DNA of 63,734 nucleotides, the filler included, from Bonamia ostreae (lineage: Eukaryota), in NCBI GenBank assembly GCA_040357525.1. It is 34 parts of 34 records of this genome, joined end to end, with 100 filler letters (N's around TTAATTAATTAA, not from the genome) between each part and the next. Parts side by side here need not be neighbours in the genome. Positions count along the whole stretch, not along the records: positions 50,786 to 52,552 come from JBDODL010001351.1; positions 52,653 to 54,418 come from JBDODL010001352.1; positions 54,519 to 56,283 come from JBDODL010001353.1; positions 56,384 to 58,147 come from JBDODL010001354.1; positions 58,248 to 60,010 come from JBDODL010001355.1; positions 60,111 to 61,872 come from JBDODL010001356.1; positions 61,973 to 63,734 come from JBDODL010001357.1; 27 more parts are not named here. One strand, given 5' to 3'. This document shows positions 50,786-62,240 of this stretch, in pieces (the first letter of the stretch is position 1; each line of letters starts with the position of its first letter). The position numbers and the translations under genes are program-made. A model generated the notes under the pieces. That model saw nothing but the letters and a program-made list of their open reading frames with translations, was not told the origin of the DNA and ran no database searches.

Positions 50786-52552
50786 GTTTTTGTGAAAAAA
50801 GTAGACAAATTTTTATTTTAATTCATCGACATTTTCGACTAGCGATTTCAATCCATGGCGATTCAACCGAAGCAAATCACTTTTGTTAAAATTTAAACTT
50901 TTTGTTGTTTTTAATCGCAGAGATCAAATCTCGGTGAACAGGGAAATCTCTCAAAAATCGGTCCATTTTGATTATGGCCAAAACAGCAAAAACAATGTTT
51001 GATTTGAGCCAATTAATAACGTTTTTCTGGTCGATTTTGGCGTTTTCAGCTTTTTCGTCATAAAATCTTTTTTTGAAGTTTGCGAAAAAAGATTCGAAAA
51101 ATATTTTTCTTAGTTTTTCTGTTCCTTTATTCGTTTTCTCTGAATCGTCGAACATGAGAACAAATCGTTTAGCAAAATTCACTTTGAAGTTTAGTTTTTC
51201 GCCTTTTGAAGCTAGATATTTTGCTGTTGTTTTTGCTAATTTGGTGCTCGTTTTATCTAATGTTGGAAATGTTGTTTTTGCGTTTAAAGATTCTTTGATA
51301 ATCTTTTATTCAATAATTAGCAAAAATTGGGAAAATCTGGCAATGAAAACAGTGTTCAAACTTAAGTTTTACAAAAATCAAATTAACAAAAATTTTCGAA
51401 TCAATAAAATTGCAATAAAAACAGCGATCAAAAGTTCACAACCGAAAAAGGTTTCGACCAAGAATTCAAAATTCTTTTTGATCGCAATTTTGAGCGGATT
51501 CAAGAACTTTTCCAGAATTTCGTTTCTTCTTTGGCTGCAACTTTTTTTACAAAACGCCATTTTCCCAAAATCTTCCAAAATTTGATCCAAATTTTCACCA
51601 TTTTTGTTTTCAGACATATTTTCACCATTTTTGTTTGTAAACAAAATTAATCGCAAAATAGTTTTTAAAAAATTTTTATTTCTAATCAAATTGGAATTTT
51701 CTTTTTCCAGTTCTTTGATTATCGGAACCATTATTTTTTTGTGTATTAATACTGTGTCATCGGTGTTTGTCAAGCATTTTTCGACTATTGTCCAGCCATG
51801 TTCATCGCAGACCATTTCTGTTATGTTGTCTTTTTGTTAATTTTCAGTTGTTATTCTTAAATTTTATTCAATCTGGAAAATCGTTTAAAATTTTGCTGTC
51901 AAACTTTTTATTTCTCTTATAAAATTTTTTTTCTGTTTAGGCGATAAACAAGAATACATCAACGAAGCAAATTTGCAACCATATTTTGACTGTCCCAGAG
52001 ACAAAGGCAAATGATGCAACTTATCAAACAGACCGCTTATTTTCATTTTTTCGCCATTAATGGCGTACTTTTTGCCAAAATTTTTTCGTTTAAAACAATT
52101 ATTGCAAATAAAAACGTCGCTAACAATGCTTTAAAAGCAATATCCAAAAAACTTGAAAAAGTAAAAAATGGCTAAAAGCAGTTGTGACCATCTCCTTGGC
52201 GACAATCGATTCGATTGCTCTCTCCAAATTTCGGAATAAAGCGTCAGAAGTACTTTTATCCGGGGCTGTTTCAACGAGTTGTTTCAAAGAGCTATTTCTA
52301 GTTTTGGGATTTTTAAAAAAATCGGAAGGGATTTGCGGCAACAATGCGGGCGGATAGATCAGTTTCTTTTTGTTAAAATAGAAAATTACATAAAGAAGAG
52401 TAAGTCTCGTTGACGGTCGACAGTTTCTGAAGACGAGATCTAGCACAAGTGCTCCGTGGCGGTTTTTAAAAATGTCTCTGCTAATCTTATAAAAAATGGC
52501 GAAGAAATCGTTTTCGATTTTTGTTGACGCGTAGCTTTTTTGAGAATTTAAA
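50786..52552 (-). CDS. PUM3: Pumilio homolog 3 / Puf6-like protein fragment
   Basis: HGALVLDLVF, SKYGCKFA...LSPKQKKNFIREIK, DEHGW.IV...L...DDTVLI.K.I; multi-exon. Confidence 0.65.
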
Positions 52553-54518
52553 NNNNNNNNNNNNNNNNNNNNNNNNNNNNNNNNNNNNNNNNNNNNTTAA
52601 TTAATTAANNNNNNNNNNNNNNNNNNNNNNNNNNNNNNNNNNNNNNNNNNNNACCAGAGGAACCTTCAGAACATCCTGGCTTTGGATTGAACGTATAATC
52701 ACTGCTAGATGGCGACAGGGGACTTGAGTAAGGGGAAGTCCCAAGCACCATTTTTATTTAATCTGAACGCTTGGATAAGCTATTAGTTAGATATTTTGCC
52801 AAAGTTCTTTTTAAGAGAGAGAATACAACTACGGCACCCTCAAGAGTTTCCAGGTTATGTGTTCTAAAATCTTTTGATGAAAACAGTTCAACACACTCCC
52901 TAACTTCTATTAGGATGAGGTCAATATGGTTTTCGAAATTGCATCAAATTTTATTATATCTCAACCACTTATTTCTTCCGGAAAATGCAATATATATTCG
53001 TTTCAGAGAAGTACCAAATAGTGTATTTGGGCCAATTATCTACGTTCAATAGGGACATTAATCTATCACTGAGCTACCGCGACCCAGTTTTTTCCAACCC
53101 AATGTAAGTAAAGATGGCACCATTCCATTCATTGTTTTGAAATGTGGACAGTCATTCCAAGTTTCCAAATGTGCCTATTAATTAAATTCACAAAGACTGC
53201 AATATAAGCTAAGTACAAAAAAAACCCTTCTATTGTTCGTTTTGGATTTGAGCATATCAAATATTTTATTATGTTGTTAATTTCCTAATTCAGTAACAAT
53301 TCGAATTTCACAGTTTAGAGAATGTTTAAAATAATGATATAAACAACACCAAAAGAAGAAACTAAAACATTATGATAGACAAAAGACAAGCGCATATTAA
53401 GATATAAAAAAGACTTGGAAGTGGAAAATAAACTGTATTGACAATCCTAAGGAACCAAAAAAGCAATGAACATTAAAAATCAATGCTTAGACAAATAGAT
53501 AAAAACCAAATAAATTAAATCAGCAAAACTTCCTAGCCGTCACAACTGATTAAATGGATAATTAAGTTCGATCAATATTAAAACTATCAGAATGAATTTA
53601 CAATCTCAACTCTTTCCAAGCTAGGAAAAAATCCAATAAATTTCAGGCACCACTTCACATTTTCCAATGACATCTTTTCTCCGATTCACCCTCAATGTGC
53701 AGAGTGAACATAGCTGGTCCTTTTCCCTTTCATTCCAGAACATTTCAAATGCGACCATAAACGATAGTCTTTACACTGGACCTACATATAATTTGATGGC
53801 TTGTGACAAAAGGGCATTGAACAAATTTGACAATAGTAGCATTGGATAGGAATCCGTCTTTACGGTACTCTCTGACCCCCTTGTAATGTATTGTGTCTTA
53901 AACTGGGTTGCCACACCAGCAAGAATGGCCTCTGAAAAATATTATTTCAAATTAGGGAGTTTAAATACATATTTACTCGGTCTTATACTCCTTTCAACAT
54001 CCCCACAGAATCACTGATGTATTGAATATATATATTATTATGAAAGAGTACAGTGCAAATAAGAAAACAATATCGAAGGCAAATGGCTTGTAGCATACAT
54101 CATTCTATTCATGGAGGTTAATGATTCATAAACAGCAAAGTTTTTCAAATAAAAAAAACACTACTGAAATATACTATTGAAGCTGTCTTAATTTAAACAT
54201 TCCACAACTATTCATATAATTATGTTTGTTGGTCAACATTTTCCTGAACAACTTTCAGAAATGTAGATTTTCTGGGACATATCTCTCCCTTGTAAATACA
54301 TGTATGTACCGGTACTTCCTGTCACAGAAGTATGCATGAAGTGCATTAACAACATTACATAAATGACTCCCTTAGTATTGATGACCTGTTCACTCTTACG
54401 ATTTCGCCGTATTTTGAGNNNNNNNNNNNNNNNNNNNNNNNNNNNNNNNNNNNNNNNNNNNNTTAATTAATTAANNNNNNNNNNNNNNNNNNNNNNNNNN
54501 NNNNNNNNNNNNNNNNNN

Positions 54519-56240
54519 GCAAATTTTAAAAACATCGTTTTTCCCTGAAAGAAAAGCACAAATTTGCGATTTGCTCAAATTCGGAGAATTTTTCAAAAAA
54601 AGAGCGATTGATTTCGCTGTCGGCGTTTTGTCTATCACGCCAAGTTTCTTCTTGTGAATTGCAAAAACTTGGAGATAAGGAATGCTGTTTTTAGCATGCT
54701 CGTTAAAACTCGAAACAGCCAATCGCGTTTTCTTTTTGTTCTTTATGCGCTGGTCGATTTCTCTAGTTTGTTTTGATTTCTCGTTGTTTTTGAATATTTT
54801 GCTGCAAAATTTCTTTAATAACACAAAATTTCAAAAACACAAATTTTCAAAAATGCAAAATTAAACCTTTTCAATTGATCGCATTGTCGCGATTAAAGCA
54901 TCGCCGGAAATCTCACAAACCTGCAGAAAAGACCTTTTCTCCTCGCCCTTCCCGTCAAATCCAACCGACTTCAAAGCAAACTCCGAGAGGATTCTCGCGA
55001 TGTCCTCGAAAACATTATTGTTTTTAAGCTCGCAATCGTAATTCCTAAAAATCCCCGCGATCAAATCCGGCTCGTTCGCGAATTCGTTCAGACTTTCAAA
55101 CACGAGTTCTTTTAGTTCCAAAGATCGAAATTTCGATTCGGCGATCCGAATGTGCACGCTCGTGATAAAAATCTCAAGCTGCGTCTTCAGCGTCTTTCGG
55201 GACGTGTTGAACAGAATGAAGACGATGCGCAAGCACATCGACAGAATTCTGGAGTTGTCCGTCTGGCTGCAGTGCAGCAGTTGCTTGCACAGGTCATCCG
55301 AGATAACATTCCGTGTCAACTCGTTCTCGCTCATTTCTTTTCCGCCCGACTCCAACGCGGTGTGGATGAGCTTTAGCCCGAGCAACCTGCGAGTTTTAGG
55401 AGCAAACTGGTATCGCATAATGTTCTCGTCGTTGTCCAAATCGGTTCTGTACGGATTCAGCAGTTCCGTCAACAGAATCATCAAACTGTTTATCGCCTTC
55501 AAGCCGAAAGCCGTCCTTTTGCCGTTTTTCGGACTTTGGGCGGTTTCGGTGAATTTTTTCGAATGGAGTCGAGAAAAGAGGAACAAGATCTATTTTAGTC
55601 AGCGATAAATTACGGATTGGTTGGAGACGTTTTCGGCGTAAATTCTGAGAAGGGGCGAATTGGAGTTGCTAATCGCGGTCTTGAGACAAATCTAAATTCG
55701 GGTAATTTTACTTTGAACAAATCGTATATTTCCCGGTCTGTGAGGAGAGAGCCGAGGCTGCTGCGAGTGAAATCGAGGATGACTTCAATTCTCTTCATCA
55801 AGACGTGTTCGTTCTCGTTCTGCAACCGGATCAATCCGGTCGCCATCATCCGGGCGGTCTCGTCTGCCCGTCTCGACTCGGATGACAGGAAAGAGTAAAG
55901 AATGAATTTGTGAATGGACTGGAGCGCCGCCAGAACCAACGTCGATGCTAAATTAAAAGGAATGGAACTTTGGTCGTCTGTCACGATATCGATAAAAGGC
56001 GACAGAAACAAAGGGGTGTCGACTTCGTCTAGGGCTATTTACATTGTCTACAAAACAGCTATAGCCGGTGAGCTGTTCGTCGAGCAAATTAAACGCTTTG
56101 GTGATTCTGCGAGTTGTCTCGAAACTGTCCGGTATCACCAAACTGGAAAAAAGACCGCTCGGCGTTGAACGGCCGTCAATTCTGATGGTGGTCAGAATAT
56201 TGTGAATTTGCCCTTTTATGCAATGTATATTGTCGATCAT
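54519..56240 (-). CDS. GBF1: Large Arf-GEF of the GBF1/Gea type, 5' part (DCB, HUS, start of Sec7)
   Basis: I.GQI..I...IR start, FLSPF.DIV, AL.SI.KF, LK.QLE.F, HUS box FRNYDC, Sec7 start FN......I.YLQ...IALFL...P.LSK..I..FL. Confidence 0.85.
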
Positions 56241-56453
56241 TTAAGCTATAAATCGGATTATATTCTTTAATAAAAATGGTTATNNNNNNNNNNNNNNNNN
56301 NNNNNNNNNNNNNNNNNNNNNNNNNNNTTAATTAATTAANNNNNNNNNNNNNNNNNNNNNNNNNNNNNNNNNNNNNNNNNNNNTAAAACAAACAAAAACG
56401 AAAATAAAAAATTTTTAATATTTTGTAAAGCGAAAATAAACAAAATTAAAAAC

Positions 56454-57241
56454 TGAAGATTGATTCAACTTAAATGAAACGACTCTATTCGGAAAAGCGA
56501 TTGACAAAATCACTGAAGTGCCGAAGAGACAATATCCCGAAACAACAATTTTGTTGCATTTTGGTAACATTGAAGAATCGTTTCTGTAAATTCCAAATAG
56601 TGTTCCCGTCGAAATGTTCGCTTTTATATTGGATTCGCCATCAAGCGCATCGCAATAAATATCAAATTTGGAAAAATTTTCGTCAAGATTTTTCGAGTTT
56701 TTCGGAAATTTTTCGGCGCGGAAATTGATATTTTTGACGGAATGAAGAGATTGCAAACTAGAACGAATCGTGTTTTCGGCGACATTACTTAACATTTTAA
56801 AAGTGTTTTTGTCGTTGTGGTCGCCCAAAACACCTTTTTGCGATTTATTGAATATTTTTTGTCAATTTTTTTGCAAATTATTTAAACCGGCTTTGATAAT
56901 CTGCTCCGACAAAAATTTGAATGAGACCATTAATCTCTCAATAACCTCGTTTAAATTAACAGCGTCTGAAATCTCCAATCCAGAGAATTTCTTTATTGTT
57001 ACCAATACATTAAATCATCGTTATTATTGATACACAAAATCTGTTAAAAACATTGATCAAATTCTTGAACAAATATTCTTCTCGATCAGAAGAATGTAGC
57101 AGTGACAATGAGCTTCTTGAAGCAAAGTTGACTTCGTTTGACAATTCTGTTTCGATTGAAGACAATTCCTTTTTGTCTGTAAAAAGACCTTTGTTTCGAA
57201 TTGGATTTTTCTTTGCACTGAAAACACTAATTTTTCTAGAA
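56454..57241 (-). CDS. Class I fructose-1,6-bisphosphatase-like domain with an upstream linker exon; exons 57241-57052, 56990-56888, 56833-56454 (3' partial)
   Basis: LNEVIERLMVSFKFLSEQIIKAG helix, CDALDGESNI.ANISTGTLFGIY, VVSGYCLFG. Confidence 0.85.
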
Positions 57242-57363
57242 CTTTTTATCGTTTTTAATTGCCAAATTTTAATATTTTTGTTCAATTAAAGAAAAATTGA
57301 TTAAAATTGCGTAAAAATTATTTTAAAGCGAAATTTTGCAAATTTTGAAAATTGCGTTTGAAC

Positions 57364-58147
57364 TTTAATGTTTTTCTGCGAACATATCCGTCATCAAATT
57401 TAAATGGTTGTCCAATATCCAGCATCATTTCAGAAAACCATTTTTGATTTATATCAAATTTTCTGCCGCCTTTTATATGTTCCAAAGGAATCAACTCAAT
57501 TTGGTCGCTTTAAAAATTTTTTATTTAAAATTCGTCAAAATTGCCAAGTTTACAAAATTTGAAATTGACTTTTTATGTAAACAAATTTTTCTGGTTTAAC
57601 AAATCGTTGCTAAAAGTTTTTTCTGAAAATAACTTTTTATTTTCATTCGGACCGATTATCCCAGTCGATTTTTTGATAGCTTCTTTCACAGCGATTTTGC
57701 AGCAATTTTTAATTAATTTTTTGTCAAAATCGTCCGCTGCGGCGGCTCTGCAAAAATAACCGCTTTTTACAGTGACGTTCTTTTCAGAACCGATTTTAGG
57801 TCCAAAATTTTTTGCTATCCACTCTCCAACATTTATCTATTATTTTTTGTTGTTACAAGTACTTTTGCGCAACAATGAAATTTTAGTTCAAAAAACATTA
57901 GATAGTCGAATGTTGCCACTTTGATCTCTTTCGACTTTCTTTCCACTGTTTTCTAATTGCTTTGTTATCATTGGAACACAAGCTCCTTCACTTACAAAAA
58001 TATTGACACATCCGATTTTGCTCATTATGTCGCGCAGTCTTTTGACTTCAAGTTCAAAATTTATTTCCATTTCTGGTAAATAAATGGCGTGGATGTCTCT
58101 TTTGTAATCTGTTCCTTCAATTTTTTTAATGTCGTCGAAGAAAAATA
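57364..58147 (-). CDS. pfp: Pyrophosphate-dependent phosphofructokinase (Propionibacterium-like clade), C-terminal half
   Basis: IHAIYLPE.......RLR.IM...GCVNIFVSEGA, ERD..G.IRL..IN.G.W.AK.F...IG.EK....KSGYF.RAA, IKGG..FD....WF..M...IGQP. Confidence 0.88.
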
Positions 58148-58440
58148 NNNNNNNNNNNNNNNNNNNNNNNNNNNNNNNNNNNNNNNNNNNNTTAATTAAT
58201 TAANNNNNNNNNNNNNNNNNNNNNNNNNNNNNNNNNNNNNNNNNNNNAAAATCCTCGTCATTTATATCCAAAACCACATCTTAATGAAAAATTAATGATG
58301 AAATATATTAATTTATTCTATGATGAAATATTAAATATAAACAAAAATTAATTTTGTCTATATCTTAATGATGAAAAATTCTGTCATTTATCTTTAAGAG
58401 ATAAATTTTATATCTTAATGAAAATCTTCATTATGAACAT

Positions 58441-58875
58441 TCAAATATCACCCGGTTTTATTGCATATTTTCCTTCCGTTTGGGCATAATGCTCTCTCTT
58501 GGAATGCCTTCTGAAAATAAATAGGACAAATAGGCAAATAATAGTTGTCACACCACAGAATATTTCCATGAACAAAGCGATGAAATATAGAACGGAAAAA
58601 GAGCACTCGAAATCGTCAGTTGAAAAAAAGCTGTTGTTTTTGTCGTGAATCCCGAATTTATTGTTGTTGCAATACATTCGAATTGGGGTGTTTATAAAGA
58701 CTTTGTTCAGAGACGGTTGTTCTGGCACAAGACAATTAATTCCGAAATCAACAAAATCCCCGTTCTGAAAACCTGAATCTTTGAAAGAGTGAGCGACATA
58801 TATTTTTGAGTCAGTCGGCAATTTGCAAATTGATAAAACGCCATTAATCAAAAACAAAAAATTGAAGAAACACAT
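58441..58875 (-). CDS. Small type I membrane protein (signal peptide, Cys-containing ectodomain, one TM helix, short tail)
   Basis: 144-aa intronless ORF; the TM helix is followed by the basic stretch RRHSKR. Confidence 0.6.
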   Translation of the reverse strand: MCFFNFLFLINGVLSICKLPTDSKIYVAHSFKDSGFQNGDFVDFGINCLVPEQPSLNKVFINTPIRMYCNNNKFGIHDKNNSFFSTDDFECSFSVLYFIALFMEIFCGVTTIICLFVLFIFRRHSKREHYAQTEGKYAIKPGDI

Positions 58876-59248
58876 TTTATCAGAATAACAAAGAATTTGT
58901 ACGTTGTTGAGGGTTTGTGTTTATTTTATGCGCAAACTTAATTTTTGATTTAATTTTTTAGGAGCATACTTAATTTATAACTTTTTGTCGATTTTGCTAC
59001 TTTTTATAAGATCTACTTTTTATAAGATCTACTTTTTATAAGATCTACTTTTTGCATACATTTAATTTATAAGATTTGTACTGTTTAATAGTGTTAATTG
59101 CTTTTTGTCGATGAAACTTACATTTTGCTATGTTAAAAATTTTAAGGAATAACAAAAGTATGTCGATGCCGACATAATCGGTTTAGACTTTTGGAGTCAA
59201 AACTTTAGACTACACTTAATAAAATTAGCACTACAAAAATTAGCCATA

Positions 59249-59843
59249 ATGGACGCGACATTTGCAATCACGGGGAAAGACTTTGTGCTTTTCGCTAGCG
59301 ATTCAAGCGTCAGAATTTCAATCAAAAAGATGAAACTGAATCAGAGAAAAACGATAGAACTCGACGACAACAAAATGATCGGTTCTTTTGATCCAAATTA
59401 AAGCATGGAACGGGAAACCGTCGGACGCTCTAAATTTTGCTGATTTTGTATCTAGAAGCCATTTTCTCTACACTATTAGAAACGGATTTCCAATGTCCGT
59501 AAAAGCTTCGGCACATTTCATAAGAAACGAGTTGGCCAGAGCAGTGCGAAAGTCTCCCGTGGAAACAAATATAATGATTGGCGGCGTTGACGAATCCGGC
59601 TCGAGCTTATACTACCTCGACTACATGGGCTCGATTAACAAGTTGAACGTTGCTGCGCACGGCTACTGTGCATTCTTTGTGACGAGCATTTTAGACAGAA
59701 GTTGGAAAGAGGATTTGGAACGCGAAGAGGCGCTGGAAATGGCCAAACGTTGTGTGGAAGAACTGGGACAGCGTTTTACGCTATCTCTGGACAATTTTGA
59801 ATTTTGCTTTGTGACAAAGGACGGCGCTCAAAGAATCGAGTAA
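59249..59843 (+). CDS. PSMB2: 20S proteasome subunit beta type-2 (beta4/Pre1)
   Basis: MDATFAITGKDFVL.ASD start; 22-nt GT-AG intron 59382-59403; AHFIR.ELA..R..P, LYYLDY.G, AHGY...F..SILDR. Confidence 0.95.
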
Positions 59844-62240
59844 TAAACATTGTTTAGTACTTTCATTTATATGAATCTCATATATTCATGTTGCTGGAAA
59901 ATCTGTTTGTTTGAAAATGGATAAAATGGTGAATATATTTTCGTTTGTGAAGAGGATAAGTAACGTTTTTCAGTCAACTGAGATTTAATCAAATCTCTCT
60001 ACTTTCCGTTNNNNNNNNNNNNNNNNNNNNNNNNNNNNNNNNNNNNNNNNNNNNTTAATTAATTAANNNNNNNNNNNNNNNNNNNNNNNNNNNNNNNNNN
60101 NNNNNNNNNNTTGTTGATTTTTGGGATTTATTGTAAAATAAAAAATGTAACAACATTAGAAGAGCTGTAATGTAACAGCACTAAATACATGTACGTACAA
60201 ACAATTACAAATTAAAACCTAATCTACAAAATGCGTTTTGAGATCCGCTTTAAGAACAAGTATAAGAATTTTTTTTAAAACTTCCTCTTGAATACAAGAA
60301 GACTACATTGTATCAAAGCACTTCAGGTAATGTATTTTTAAATTTGCTGAAATATTTACCCATAAGTTCAGTATGATCCCACATATTAGTAAATTTAATT
60401 TAATAAAATACAGGAAAATATTATGATTTTGTCCAATGAAACTAAATGCTTCAACATGTAGGTCCAGATTCGTTGAAAGCCAGAGAAGACTTTAAATGAA
60501 GATCCATTGAGTGTATGATGCTCTGATTTCATGCGATTATCTTTGTATGAACATTTGTTCCCTGGGTCTTTTGTTGCATAATAGTCATCTGAGTTAAATT
60601 ACTCACCCAAACTGCTGTTTCTTTTCTGTTTCTCTTCCTTTATATTAAGGAAACAAAGTTTTCTGGTCACTTTGGTTTTGGGGTCCCATAGGTATAATGT
60701 CAATCTAATATACAAACATATTTTTGTACATGTAATGTTTGCTCCATATACTGCCCTTCGAATCCGGACAGATCGTAAGAAGAACTTAACACTAAATGTG
60801 TGGAATTAGTTGTTTAATTCTCAGGTAGTACGACTTCTTAGTTGCAGTGCAAACACCATTAAATACAGACTTGAATATGATGAAACCATCATATCCTGGA
60901 CCAGGATGGGCTACAATTGTGGTTAAAAGTTTGTCTATTGTTTCGAATCATATGAGTGATCTTACGAGCCCATGGACCCGTTTGTGTACGATCAGCGTCA
61001 AGAAAAGTAAATTAGATTGAGGTTTTTTTCAAATCATGCTCATTGCAACATTGGCAATTGTAATTGTTTTGAAACAAAACCAGAAAAAACGGTCGGAATA
61101 TTATATACGCATGCCTATTCTATTCAAATACGTAATCCTCCATTGTCACACTGAGGTATGCACTATTAGCGATGAAAATCGTTTTGCAAATCGCTTTCTG
61201 CAATAATGCAAAGCGTTCTAAGTGCTAGTATTTTTGTTCTTCTTTCATATATGGTTATTTTCAGGAACGCTCCAAACGTCTTACAACAATGAAAGAAACC
61301 GAAAAACAGAGACTTTTTGATTGGGTCAAAATGTTCCACGGTAATTCTGCTGGTCATGTAAGTACTGTGTATATGTAGTTTTCAAACCAATGCAATATTG
61401 AATAAGACATCAGCATTTCCTCTCATAAAAAGTGTCCGCATTTATATAAAAGAAATTTAGCACATATAGCCGTGTATTTCACAAAAGAAGTTGAAATATA
61501 GAACAAATATAAAAAATGCAGATTAGATATTTGTATTAATTATCCATGATTTATCATAAAATCATTCTTATTTCAAGTCCAAGTACAGAACTGGTTTGAT
61601 TTTTTCGAGAGGCTCTCTGAATATGTATCACAACCCTGGATACCTTCTTGACCCCATCTCGATTCAGAAAGGAAATCTGTTTGAATATAAGGTACTAGCA
61701 TCTTCTATCATTATCATAGTCACTGTTTATCTCTGGTTGTTAGTAATGTCTGTTTTTAAATGATAAAATACGAGGTCTGACAAAATTCAGGACAAGGCGT
61801 TATCTAACGATTTTAATTGTATGATGCTCTGATTTCATGCGATTATCTTTGTATGAACATTTGTTCCCTGGGNNNNNNNNNNNNNNNNNNNNNNNNNNNN
61901 NNNNNNNNNNNNNNNNTTAATTAATTAANNNNNNNNNNNNNNNNNNNNNNNNNNNNNNNNNNNNNNNNNNNNACTTAAAAATTAATAATTTGTGACTTAA
62001 AAGGATTTGAACAAACATCTCTCCACGTTAACGGAAATTAACGACATTCCAAAAGTTGGACCAGGATAATTATATCAGAAGAAACTAATAAATTTTTTAA
62101 ACTATTTTATTTTATAAAACAGAATTTACAATTTGAACATAAAAAAAACATTGAAAATTGGTACAAAATCCACTACAAATTTTCCAATTAAAATTAGTAA
62201 AATTGGCAAAAATTTGAAAATAAGTTAAAAACAACAAAAA

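Noticed and set aside
53060-53090. tRNA-like 5' motif on the minus strand (GGTCGCGGTAGCTCAGTGATAGA)
   Set aside because: No T arm or acceptor partner; at most a SINE head remnant
60512-61872. Exact 55-bp direct repeat (60512-60566 and 61818-61872) suggesting an LTR or attachment site
   Set aside because: The second copy is exactly the contig end and 55 is a common assembler k-mer size, so it is probably a graph-overlap or amplification-chimera artefact
1791-61972. Regularly spaced TTAATTAATTAA motif
   Set aside because: Artificial six-frame stop linker between concatenated contigs; ORFs that run into the N blocks are artefacts
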